A stretch of DNA of 64,000 bases from assembly GCA_965214095.1 (NCBI GenBank), contig OZ243938.1, positions 1,472,001 through 1,536,000 of the forward strand. The letters are read 5' to 3'. Numbering within the stretch: the first letter of the stretch is position 1; every line of letters begins with the position of its first letter. Below are positions 29,788 to 38,841 of the stretch, in pieces. The stretch is from Candidatus Poribacteria bacterium (GTDB lineage Bacteria; Poribacteria; WGA-4E; WGA-3G). The notes below the pieces were generated by a model. It worked only from the letters and a program-made list of their open reading frames with translations. It made no database searches and was not told where the DNA came from. A program made the position numbers and the translations under genes.

Positions 29788-30238
29788 TATAGTGAATTAT
29801 AAATATAAGTTGACACTTTCGACCCACGGTAGGCGAGGTTTCCTAACCTCGCCGATGCAGAGTGTTCAAGTAATTTCAAAATCTACTATAATAATACCAT
29901 CTCTAATAAAGAATATACCAATAAAGAAATAACTGGTTCGTAGTCGCGCAATTCATTGCGCCTCTTACATTTATGGTGAAGTATGAAATTATATCTACAC
30001 TTTCTTTCTACGGTAGGTGAGGTTTCCTAACCTCACCTTATGCATCAATTTAAGGGGAATTACGCTATAATCCCAGACCGGTAGGTTCGGTTTCCTAACC
30101 AAACCATATCCTACGCGAAAACCTTTATGAACGCCATTGGCACAAATCCGGTCCGGTTAGGAAACCGAACCTACCGGCTTGGGTGTTAACTTTCAGTAAA
30201 TCTCTGTTTTGGAAAATACTTAAAACTAAATAACCCTG
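29788..30238. repeat. Repeat pile-up: M1 copy 3 (29788-29890), ATACCAT-shell element, TATGGT element, inverted REP pair 30081-30174, TAAATAACCCTG end
   Basis: Direct sequence matches to 4600, 9041/12308, 9124 and 63274-63493. Confidence 0.85.
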
Positions 30239-30395
30239 TCTTGTTGGTAATTTTATTTGCCTTTAATATCATAACATGTTATGATTAATAATCAAATTGT
30301 TCACAATGTATTTGAACACGCTCTACATTAACATCAGAAACTGATGTTTAGCATCTCGGACGAACATATATCAATCATCGTCCCCCTTAAAAAGA

Positions 30396-31739
30396 ATGGA
30401 AGTTCCACTACTATCTTATTTGATCGGATTGGCAGGTCTACTCATCCTTTCCGGTTTTTTCTCTGGTTCTGAGACAGCTCTATGTGCACTTACACGTGTA
30501 CAGGTTGAAAAGATACGTCTCAAACGGGGAAACGCATCGGCAATTGTCAATTTTGTTGACAACCCACGCCGATTATTTATTACCGTCCTCCTTGGAAATA
30601 ATCTGGTAAATGTCACTTTTGCAATACTGATGGCAAGTCTTGTTGCACAACAACTTGATCAATTCTCCGATACCATTGAGTTCATAATGGCAACAGGATT
30701 AAGTGTCATACCGATGCTTATATTCGGTGAGATGACACCGAAAACGATTGCAATTAAACATGCAGAGACTTTTTCCAAAATTACCGCACCACCTTTATGG
30801 ATATTTTCTATTCTAATTACGCCTTTACGCAACCTACTACGCAAAATTATTGACATCCTTGTCCCAATATTTGGCGGACAGCCGCCACCTTCAGATACCC
30901 TGACTACATCTGAATTACAAGAATTATTCAAAACATATCATGAGGAAGCACTTCCTGAAGATGAACGTGAAATTGTAAGTAATATCCTACAAATGCGAGA
31001 CATTGAAGCAAGAGAAATTATGGTACCCAGAACTGAAGTAATTGCAGTACCTACCTCAAACACAATTCAAGCTTCACTCTCACTGGCAAAAGAACACGGT
31101 TTTTCAAGAATACCTGTATACCGAGAACAAATTGATAAAATCTATGGTATCTTCTATGTCAAAGATTTCGTGCAATTGCGGCAGTCGGGAATCGGCTCCC
31201 TTACGATTGATGAATTCCTTGAAAAACGTGATCAGATCGTAGGAAACACAAACAGCACATTGTTAATACGTGATCCTATTTTAGCACTTGAAACTCGTAA
31301 AATCGGGGTACTATTGCTCCAACTCAAACGTGAAAAAACCAAAATTGCAATCCTTCATGATGAATACGGCGGCACTTCAGGTATTGTTACCACAGAAGAC
31401 ATTATAGAACAAGTCGTCGGAGACATTGCTGACGAACATGACAAAGACGATTCTCCACCTGAATATATCAAACATTCAGATGAGCCTTTAGTTATTGAAA
31501 CTACCGGACGTATGAGTATTCGCGAACTCAACCAACAATTTGATCTCAGACTCGCAGATGATGCCGTAGATACAATCGGCGGTTATGTCATAGGCCTCAT
31601 TGGTTACATCCCATCAGTCGGTGAAACACAAGTTGACGAAAGTGGAATAGTATTTGAAATAACCGCAACAGAAGCAAACCAAATTACAAATTTGTTGATA
31701 CGAGTCCCTTCACCTAAAACACCTGAAATGGACATATAA
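30396..31739 (+). CDS. CNNM/CorB (DUF21-CBS-CorC) hemolysin-family membrane protein
   Basis: SGFFSGSETAL, LLGNNLVN, IFGEMTPK, MVPR, FSRIPVY, DEYGGTSG. Confidence 0.9.
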   Translation: MEVPLLSYLIGLAGLLILSGFFSGSETALCALTRVQVEKIRLKRGNASAIVNFVDNPRRLFITVLLGNNLVNVTFAILMASLVAQQLDQFSDTIEFIMATGLSVIPMLIFGEMTPKTIAIKHAETFSKITAPPLWIFSILITPLRNLLRKIIDILVPIFGGQPPPSDTLTTSELQELFKTYHEEALPEDEREIVSNILQMRDIEAREIMVPRTEVIAVPTSNTIQASLSLAKEHGFSRIPVYREQIDKIYGIFYVKDFVQLRQSGIGSLTIDEFLEKRDQIVGNTNSTLLIRDPILALETRKIGVLLLQLKREKTKIAILHDEYGGTSGIVTTEDIIEQVVGDIADEHDKDDSPPEYIKHSDEPLVIETTGRMSIRELNQQFDLRLADDAVDTIGGYVIGLIGYIPSVGETQVDESGIVFEITATEANQITNLLIRVPSPKTPEMDI

Positions 31740-31753
31740 TTGGGGCAACTAAA

Positions 31754-33079
31754 TTGGATCCATTTTTACTCTCTCTCATAATATTCGGGGCAGATAGTTC
31801 TATACACAGTGCAATACTGATCAGTTCATTTGTCCTTGCTGTACTTGTCTGCCTCGTGCTGTCTGCATTTTATTCTGGTTCAGAAACCGCTCTTGTTTCA
31901 GTCAACAAAATCCGAATAAATCAACTTGTTCAGGAAGATGATTCTCAGGCAAAAATCATACATCGGTTGGTAGACTCTCCTCATAGAATGCTTGCTCTTA
32001 CACTTGTAGGAACAAATCTTGCCAATGTCTTGATTTCACTATTCGGAGAACGGTTGACAATAAATGTCCTTCCAGGTCTCAATGAAAATATACAGGATGT
32101 AATTGCAATTGTTTATATAACAGTTTTACTCCTGATTTTTGGAGAAATTTTACCGAAAACGATTTTCCGTGTCAAGGCAGATATACTTGCACTACGATTC
32201 GCTTATGTTTTGCGATTATCTGAATATGTATTAGCTCCACTTATTTATTTTGTGCAGACTGTGACAAGATTTCTTGTCATCGTTATTGATAGAGGTCCAA
32301 GTTCTCCTAATCCAGAAGCACAACGTGAAGAATTACGCCTAATGGCAACTATGGGTGAAGAATCTGGAAACTTGCTTGCAGAACAGCGACGTATGATCCA
32401 CAGTCTGCTCAACTTTCAAAATCGTACAGTCGCACAAGTTATGGTGCCACTTGTTGATATCGTTGCTATTGAAAAAACAACAACATGTGATAATTTCTTA
32501 CAAATCGCAGCTGAATCTGGATATTCCCGTATTCCTGTCTATGATGGACGTGTCTACGACATTATCGGCATAGTCAATCTTTTAGATGTAATATATTCTG
32601 AAAACCTACCTGAAACGATAGAACCTTTTATCCGCACAGATGTACAGGTTGTACCTGAGTCAAAGAATATAAATGCTCTCCTAAAAGAGATTCAGGATAC
32701 GCAACATACGATGGTCTTTGCAGTTAATGAATACGGTGGCACTGTAGGACTTGTCACCGTGGAGGATCTTGTTGAAGAGATCGTCGGTGAATTTGCCGAT
32801 GAACGTGATGAAACGGATATGATCCGTATTGTTGCACCTGATATTATGGAATGTGGCGGAAGAACCGAGGTCGATACTTTGGAAGAACATTATGGATTTT
32901 CTATTCCTCAAGGGGATTATGAAACAATTGCAGGTTATATACTTGATCGTATCGGGACAATCCCAGAAACAGGAACAGAAATCGATCTCAACAATTCAGT
33001 TGTCACTATTCTAGATGCTGATACACGTGCTATCAAGAAAGTTCGTATTCGTCTCCGTCTTGGACGTTTTAATCCCTAA
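31754..33079 (+). CDS. CNNM/CorB (DUF21-CBS-CorC) hemolysin-family membrane protein, paralog
   Basis: SAFYSGSETAL, IFGEILPK, YSRIPVY, NEYGGTVGLVTVEDLVEEIVGE. Confidence 0.9.
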   Translation: MDPFLLSLIIFGADSSIHSAILISSFVLAVLVCLVLSAFYSGSETALVSVNKIRINQLVQEDDSQAKIIHRLVDSPHRMLALTLVGTNLANVLISLFGERLTINVLPGLNENIQDVIAIVYITVLLLIFGEILPKTIFRVKADILALRFAYVLRLSEYVLAPLIYFVQTVTRFLVIVIDRGPSSPNPEAQREELRLMATMGEESGNLLAEQRRMIHSLLNFQNRTVAQVMVPLVDIVAIEKTTTCDNFLQIAAESGYSRIPVYDGRVYDIIGIVNLLDVIYSENLPETIEPFIRTDVQVVPESKNINALLKEIQDTQHTMVFAVNEYGGTVGLVTVEDLVEEIVGEFADERDETDMIRIVAPDIMECGGRTEVDTLEEHYGFSIPQGDYETIAGYILDRIGTIPETGTEIDLNNSVVTILDADTRAIKKVRIRLRLGRFNP

Positions 33080-33151
33080 ACGGCATAGATGTCAGGTCTT
33101 TTCTCCGTTGCTTGCACAACTGTCGTTATTATACAAGTCATTGACATACAT

Positions 33152-33898
33152 CTACAATATACCGAGTGGAGGCATCACCACTATTTCTTCCGTTACCATT
33201 CCAATAGATTGTTGACAAACAGAGAGTACTGTTTGGGCAACATGTTCAGGTTTTAGCATCTTATCAAAATCTGGATGTTGAGGTATATCCTCCCAAAACG
33301 GTGTTTCAACAGAGCCGGGTAGAACTGCTGTCACCCGTATGTTTTTGTCTCGCACTTCTGCGGCTAGTACCTTGGTTAATGCAAGTGCCCCTGCCTTTGC
33401 TGCACAATATGCACCTGATGCGGGAAAAGCAACCTTAGCAGCGATAGAAAGCACATTGATAATCTGCCCACCACCTTCTGTCAATAAAGATGGAAGAGCA
33501 TATTTGGCACAGAGATATATCCCTTTCAAATTGGAATTGATGACACTATCCCAATCATTCGGATCAAAATCCGCAACCGGACCAAAAATACCATTCCCCG
33601 CATTGTTGATCAATATATCCAACTTCTGATAGGTATCCAATGTGCGTTGGATAAGGTTTTGCACAGCGTCAACGTCAGTGACATCAGCCGGAATTGCAGT
33701 TGCCTCAGTTCCCAAGTTCCTTAGTTCAGCTGCGACTTGTTCTACAGTGTGTTGTGTCCGTGCAGCAAGTACAACCTTAACCCCTACATCTGCTAAGGAT
33801 GTCGCGATTGCCTTGCCAATACCTTTTGATGCACCGGTGACAATCGCTACTTTTCCTTCAAGGTCATTTATCTGTAGGTTGTTAGTAGTGTTTTGCAT
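33152..33898 (-). CDS. SDR oxidoreductase, probable sepiapterin reductase
   Basis: TGASKGIG, NNAG, YCAAK, 'PGSVETPFW', 'EEIVVMPPLG'; directly downstream of folE and PTPS. Confidence 0.7.
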   Translation of the reverse strand: MQNTTNNLQINDLEGKVAIVTGASKGIGKAIATSLADVGVKVVLAARTQHTVEQVAAELRNLGTEATAIPADVTDVDAVQNLIQRTLDTYQKLDILINNAGNGIFGPVADFDPNDWDSVINSNLKGIYLCAKYALPSLLTEGGGQIINVLSIAAKVAFPASGAYCAAKAGALALTKVLAAEVRDKNIRVTAVLPGSVETPFWEDIPQHPDFDKMLKPEHVAQTVLSVCQQSIGMVTEEIVVMPPLGIL

Positions 33899-33956
33899 AC
33901 TTAATATGGGAACATCTGAAGGGCAAACGTGGTGTGTTTACCATCTATTGCAATTC

Positions 33957-34538
33957 TTAGATACATCTAAGAAATTCTGCACGGGTTGAACTGTCTTCAC
34001 GGAATGTACCCCGCATAGAGTTTGTAGTCATTCTTGAGGTCTGCTTTTCAACACCACGTGCCATCATGCACATGTGTTGCGCCTCCATAACAACACCGAT
34101 ACCTGTGGGGTTCAAGGCTGTTTCTAATGCTTCGGCAATCTCCCGTGTTAACCGCTCCTGCACCTGTAAACGTCGAGCAAACATATCCACAATCCTCGGT
34201 ATCTTGCTGAGACCAATAATCCGTTTTCGTGGAAGATAACCGACATGACACTTACCCCAAAACGGCAGAATGTGGTGTTCACATAAACTATAGAATTCGA
34301 TATCCTTAACGATAACCATGTCGTCATTATCTTCGTCAAAAATAGCCTGATTTAATACCGTATTTAAGTCCTTATCGTAGCCGCTTGTCAAAAACTCCAT
34401 CGCCTTTGCCGCACGAGTTGGTGTTCTTATTAACCCTTGACGGGTTTTATCTTCTCCTATATTGTCAATAATCTGTGAATAAAGCGTTTCTAACATTTCA
34501 GGGTTGCGATCTGATTCACTAACCTGTTGAGTGTCCAT
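33957..34538 (-). CDS. folE: GTP cyclohydrolase I
   Basis: [43 protein letters not shown]. Confidence 0.97.
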   Translation of the reverse strand: MDTQQVSESDRNPEMLETLYSQIIDNIGEDKTRQGLIRTPTRAAKAMEFLTSGYDKDLNTVLNQAIFDEDNDDMVIVKDIEFYSLCEHHILPFWGKCHVGYLPRKRIIGLSKIPRIVDMFARRLQVQERLTREIAEALETALNPTGIGVVMEAQHMCMMARGVEKQTSRMTTNSMRGTFREDSSTRAEFLRCI

Positions 34539-34541
34539 AAA

Positions 34542-35411
34542 TTAAGAAGATTCTCCATAATAATCAAAGTGATTTTTGGGTGTTTCTCGCAAGCGGAGTC
34601 GGTGTAAAACTACCGGCTGCAAATTCGGTTCTATCACATCCCAAAGTACTTTCACAAAGTTTTCTGAAGTTGGGTTAAGGGTTTCAAATTCCGGTGTGTC
34701 AAGATTAAGATGTTTGTAATCAAAACGTGAATAAACCTGTTTTTCAACTACATCATCAAGTTGATTCAATCCTGCAACCAAGCCTGTTTTGGCATCTACA
34801 TCGCCTTTTACGGTGACTTCAAGTACATAGTTATGTCCATGTCCAGCAGGATTGTTACACTTTCCGAAGATGTCGCGGTTTTCGGCATCACTGAGAGAAT
34901 GACTATGCAAACGGTGCGCAGCACTAAATTCATAGACTTTGGTGAGATAAACCATCAAACCTTCTCCGTAGTAGTCAGTAAAACATTTTGTGTTTTCATA
35001 GAGGCGAACCCGATGGAGTAGATTAGAAGGTAGCGAGGATTCAAGCCGTTTCCAAATCTCAATCGTGATGTTTTCACATGTAGGTTGTAGATCTGGATTC
35101 TTTGAAAAAACTGGATGTTGACGATTCAGGTGTTTGTGGTCATAATTCGCATGCACTTCTGTTTTCAACAGCGCATCTAATGTCGTCAAATTAATGACCA
35201 TACCGTCATCAGCATCTACATCACCTTTGACCATTACTTCAAGGACATAGTTATGTCCGTGACTATTTGGATTCGCTGCAGCACCGAACAACGCATAATT
35301 TTCAGAATCACTTAATTCAGGAATGCGATTGTAATGAGATGCCTCAAAAGCGGTTTGCCGTGTTAGGTAATACATCGGTTTTTTGAAATGCTGTGTTTCA
35401 CCAATAGGCAC
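34542..35411 (-). CDS. Tandem-domain 6-pyruvoyl-tetrahydropterin synthase (PTPS/QueD family)
   Basis: Two T-fold domains: 'FEASH..GAAANPNSHGHNY..PTCEN' and 'FSAAHRL..GKCNNPAGHGHNY..PTSEN'. Confidence 0.88.
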   Translation of the reverse strand: MPIGETQHFKKPMYYLTRQTAFEASHYNRIPELSDSENYALFGAAANPNSHGHNYVLEVMVKGDVDADDGMVINLTTLDALLKTEVHANYDHKHLNRQHPVFSKNPDLQPTCENITIEIWKRLESSLPSNLLHRVRLYENTKCFTDYYGEGLMVYLTKVYEFSAAHRLHSHSLSDAENRDIFGKCNNPAGHGHNYVLEVTVKGDVDAKTGLVAGLNQLDDVVEKQVYSRFDYKHLNLDTPEFETLNPTSENFVKVLWDVIEPNLQPVVLHRLRLRETPKNHFDYYGESS

Positions 35412-35699
35412 CTAATTCCTTTGTCCAACTACTTCAAGTTTATCGTCAACCGATTCATATTGAACGGACATGACCCACTCACCTGTGCCGCGTATTTGCA
35501 CGTTGCACTTCTTCAACCATTCAATTAATGTCAACTTGTCAGATGCCTCCCACTCACAGACCATTCTCCCTGATAAAGTATCACAGAGCACCCGGATGTT
35601 GCTGACATCTTCGTTTCCTTCTTCTTGAAAACGTTTCAGCAGTCGTGCTACATCTTGCCGTGTCATACATGCGATCGCATGGGCAGAAACAAATCTCAT
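35412..35699 (-). CDS. Small protein, DUF4242-like
   Basis: 'MRFVSAH..GRMVCEWEASD'; stop abuts the PTPS start. Confidence 0.55.
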   Translation of the reverse strand: MRFVSAHAIACMTRQDVARLLKRFQEEGNEDVSNIRVLCDTLSGRMVCEWEASDKLTLIEWLKKCNVQIRGTGEWVMSVQYESVDDKLEVVGQRN

Positions 35700-35738
35700 A
35701 TTTCAATCTTTCACTTTTGACAAGAAATTTAGGACGAT

Positions 35739-35915
35739 TATAGTTAAAACCACAATTATTTACACACGACGGTAGGTTCGGTTTCCTAACCGAACCGCTT
35801 ACACACGACGGTAGGTTCGGTTTCCTAACCGAACCGGTGTTTGTTCTGTCTCATAGATGCGGTTAGGAAACCACATCTACCGAGGAGTGTGCACGTATTC
35901 TTACATATCACTATA
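35739..35915. repeat. M2 element (copy 2) with an internal 39-bp tandem duplication of the REP arm
   Basis: TTACACACGACGGTAGGTTCGGTTTCCTAACCGAACCG present twice (35760, 35799); length 177 = 138 + 39. Confidence 0.9.
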
Positions 35916-35937
35916 GTATATCGTCTCTTCACAAGAA

Positions 35938-36786
35938 CTAATCACGAGCAATGGGTGCACCGACAAGATTACCCCATTCTGTCCAGCTACCATCATAGTT
36001 GCGAACCTTCTCATAACCGAGTAGGTATTTCAACACAAACCATGTATGAGATGAACGTTCACCGATACGGCAGTATGCGATGGTCTCTTTGCTGTCATCA
36101 ACCCCTTCACCACCGTAAATAGATTGGAGTTCGTCGTGGGACTTAAACGTTCCATCTTCTGCAACAGCGGTCGCCCACGGGATATTTGCTGCTCCCGGAA
36201 TATGTCCACCACGTTGTGCGGTTTCACTCATGCCTGGCGGTGCAATCACTTCACCCGTAAATTCTGCTGGAGAACGCACATCAACGAGATTAATAACACC
36301 TTGTTCAAGTGTGGGTAGAATGTTGTCCTTTGTTGCACGGACGTTGTCATCTGGGAATTTCGCCTGATAGCCAGTACTCGGATAGGAAGGCACATCTGTA
36401 ACCAGATCTCTACCTTCATCAATCCATTTCTGTCGACCACCATTCATCACTTTCAAAAGACTTTCATCGTGTCCATAGTAGCGAAATTGCCAAAGCGCGT
36501 AAGTTGCGAACCAGTTATTGTTATCACCATAGAATATCACTGTCGTATCAGTAGCAATACCACAATCATTGCAGAGTGCTTCAAACTGTTCTTTTGTGAG
36601 AATGTCGCGTCGGATTTGATCACATAGTTGTGTCTGCCAATTCAAACCGACTGCTCCTGTGATGTGTCCTTCGCCATAAGCTGAGGTATCTACATCAACT
36701 TCAAGTAGACGGATACCAGCATCACCACCATGTTCTGCAACCCATTCTGTACTTACCAATACATCAGAATTAGCGTAATCAGCCAT
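35938..36786 (-). CDS. Tandem-domain rhodanese/thiosulfate sulfurtransferase (CysA/SseA-like)
   Basis: GHITGA, DVRSPAEF, GHIPGA, active site YCRIGERSS, YDGSWTEW. Confidence 0.92.
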   Translation of the reverse strand: MADYANSDVLVSTEWVAEHGGDAGIRLLEVDVDTSAYGEGHITGAVGLNWQTQLCDQIRRDILTKEQFEALCNDCGIATDTTVIFYGDNNNWFATYALWQFRYYGHDESLLKVMNGGRQKWIDEGRDLVTDVPSYPSTGYQAKFPDDNVRATKDNILPTLEQGVINLVDVRSPAEFTGEVIAPPGMSETAQRGGHIPGAANIPWATAVAEDGTFKSHDELQSIYGGEGVDDSKETIAYCRIGERSSHTWFVLKYLLGYEKVRNYDGSWTEWGNLVGAPIARD

Positions 36787-37050
36787 ATCTAACTTCCCTC
36801 CTGTTTCCGGTCTGTAACCGAAAGAATATATAAAAACAACCTAAACAAGTAAATATCAAACTTTTAATTAATGCTTGAATATATTTATATTATAAGGTTT
36901 TGTGTTATATTTGTCAAATATAGATGTTGTTTCTTAGTTACACAAGATTACTCAAGAAAGAACGATTTCATTAAAAAAAATGGCGAGGTGCGGATACCTC
37001 GCGCATTTAGAATTCATTGAAATTAGTTGATAATTTACAATATGGTCATC

Positions 37051-37515
37051 TTACTCAAGCTTTTCACCACACCTTGGACAATCATCTCCCCAAATAGAAC
37101 GTCTACCTTCTCCACATCCAGAACATTCACCGAAGGGATGTTCGTCAGGTTTGGCACGAGCACCACCCTTCTTGTATGTGATGATACGCCAGACCGTCTC
37201 GCCATCCTCTTCCCAACAGTGCCACACACCTTCTTTCCTGCCATCAGAAGACGTACCATCATGCATCTTATAAGGACCACCCCATTTGCGATTGCCATTT
37301 TCATGATAACAAATATAATCACCTTCATACTTATTATCACGATAGTATGCCACGCTGGAGATGTTTCCATTCTTGTGATATAGAATCCATTTCCCATCCT
37401 TCTTGCCGTGAATAAAGTTACCCTCACTTCGTTTCTGTCCGTTCGCGAAGTAGGTAATCCAATATCCATGCTTTTTGCCATTGGCCATTTCACCAGTATC
37501 TCGTGCGCTTGCCAT
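37051..37515 (-). CDS. MORN-variant repeat (YwqK-like) protein with C-terminal zinc ribbon
   Basis: Repeats 'GKKHGYWITYFANGQKRSEG..GKKDGKWILYHKNG'; terminal CSGC..CPRCG. Confidence 0.85.
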   Translation of the reverse strand: MASARDTGEMANGKKHGYWITYFANGQKRSEGNFIHGKKDGKWILYHKNGNISSVAYYRDNKYEGDYICYHENGNRKWGGPYKMHDGTSSDGRKEGVWHCWEEDGETVWRIITYKKGGARAKPDEHPFGECSGCGEGRRSIWGDDCPRCGEKLE

Positions 37516-37543
37516 AATTCCACCTTATGTTTAGCAATACTCT

Positions 37544-37999
37544 CTACAGATTTTCTTTAAGGTATTCCTCAAAATTTTCTATAGTTTTTTTACCGATACC
37601 TTTGATTCCTTTTAACTTATCATCATCAATTGCGGTTCGTAGAGATTGAAGACTGTCAACCCCTGCTTCCTGATATAGAAGCTTAATTGTTTTTGGTCCG
37701 AGACCGGGGATAAGAATGAGTTCCGTAATTGTTTCAGGTATCTCACTCGCGTATTCCTGTAATTTAGAACATGTTCCATTTTCAACATATTCGGTAATGA
37801 TAGTAGCAACTATATCACCAACTCCCGGTATCTCCTCTTGTAATCGTCCTTGAGCAACCAGTTCTGCAACGGATTCCTCCATACGAGAAATTGTATATGC
37901 CAAACGCGGGTAACGTGTAGCATGATCTTCTGGATAGTCAGCTACAATTAGAATGGTATGAAGTTCCATTAGTTTTTGGGCAATTTCATTGTTTGTCAT
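37544..37999 (-). CDS. Stand-alone PolX N-terminal (8-kDa + HhH) domain protein
   Basis: 'MTNNEIAQKL..IPGVG..ENGT..LILIPGLGPKT..LYQE.GVDSL..L..IKGIGKKT'; ends before any polymerase palm. Confidence 0.8.
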   Translation of the reverse strand: MTNNEIAQKLMELHTILIVADYPEDHATRYPRLAYTISRMEESVAELVAQGRLQEEIPGVGDIVATIITEYVENGTCSKLQEYASEIPETITELILIPGLGPKTIKLLYQEAGVDSLQSLRTAIDDDKLKGIKGIGKKTIENFEEYLKENL

Positions 38000-38032
38000 G
38001 AGTAGATGTATTCTCCGTCGTAGAATTCTATA

Positions 38033-38497
38033 CTAATCAATCTCTGCACCACACTTTGGACAATTATCTGTCCAATTAAGACGTTTAACTTCGCCGCAGC
38101 CGTGACATGTCCCAAGCGGATATTCATCCGGTTTTGCGCGGGAACCACCTTTCTTATAAGTAACAATCATCCACACCGTCTCACCATCTTCTTCATAACC
38201 GTAAAATGGTCCTTCCTTCTTACCATCGTAAGATTTTCCCGTATGTTTAGGATATGCACCTTTAGATCTAAGGTTCCCGTTCTCATGATACGTGATACAT
38301 TCCCCCTCGTATTTCCCATCTCGGAAAGATGCTTCACCCGATTTATTTCCATTCTTGTGGTAATTGATCCAAAGTCCATCCTTTTTGCCATGAATATAGT
38401 TGCCTTCGCTCCGTTTTCCGCCATTTGCATAATAGGTAATCCAATATCCATGTTTTTTACCATCAACCATTTCACCGGTTGTTTGTGAATCTGCCAT
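38033..38497 (-). CDS. MORN-variant repeat protein with C-terminal zinc ribbon, paralog
   Basis: Same 154-aa length and motifs as 37051-37515; CHGC..CPKCG. Confidence 0.85.
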   Translation of the reverse strand: MADSQTTGEMVDGKKHGYWITYYANGGKRSEGNYIHGKKDGLWINYHKNGNKSGEASFRDGKYEGECITYHENGNLRSKGAYPKHTGKSYDGKKEGPFYGYEEDGETVWMIVTYKKGGSRAKPDEYPLGTCHGCGEVKRLNWTDNCPKCGAEID

Positions 38498-38577
38498 AGT
38501 ATTCCTCTCAGGTTTATTGAGATTTACATGTCCAGGGTTATTTATGATGGAGTATGAAAATAAATAGACACGCCACG

Positions 38578-38704
38578 GTAGGAGCGATCTCCAAATCGCG
38601 ATTTAATGGTCTTAAAAGTAGTAGGCACGCTCCGCGTGCCGTCCAAAAGACAAGCATCTCAAATATGGTCTTAAAAGTAGTAGGCACGCTCCGCGTGCCG
38701 TCCA
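38578..38704 (+). repeat. GTAG hairpins and a duplicated ~40-bp unit
   Basis: GTAGGAGCGATCTCCAAATCGCGATTT (also ~50928); ATGGTCTTAAAAGTAGTAGGCACGCTCCGCGTGCCGTCCA twice (38606, 38664). Confidence 0.75.
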
Positions 38705-38841
38705 CAAGATCAAAATGTCTCAATAGATTATACTGCCACAAAGGGAACAATTACATATAAAGAATACTTGATGAGAGACGCAACCAATGTTGGCACATAA
38801 TATATTTATGCACACCCTCAAAATGTATATTGACCTTAACG

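Noticed and set aside
30396-33079. Tandem CNNM/CorB paralogs as a novelty
   Set aside because: Paired DUF21-CBS genes are common in bacteria
35760-35880. Tandem palindromic repeats resembling a mini CRISPR array (also 38606-38704 and 47534-47608)
   Set aside because: Only two units, no series of unique equal-length spacers and no cas genes; the motifs belong to dispersed REP/MITE-like families
37027-38488. Long alternative-frame and antisense ORFs over the MORN genes (37035-37523, 37027-37383, 38102-38488, 38167-38475)
   Set aside because: No recognisable motifs; best explained as shadows of the repetitive MORN coding sequence
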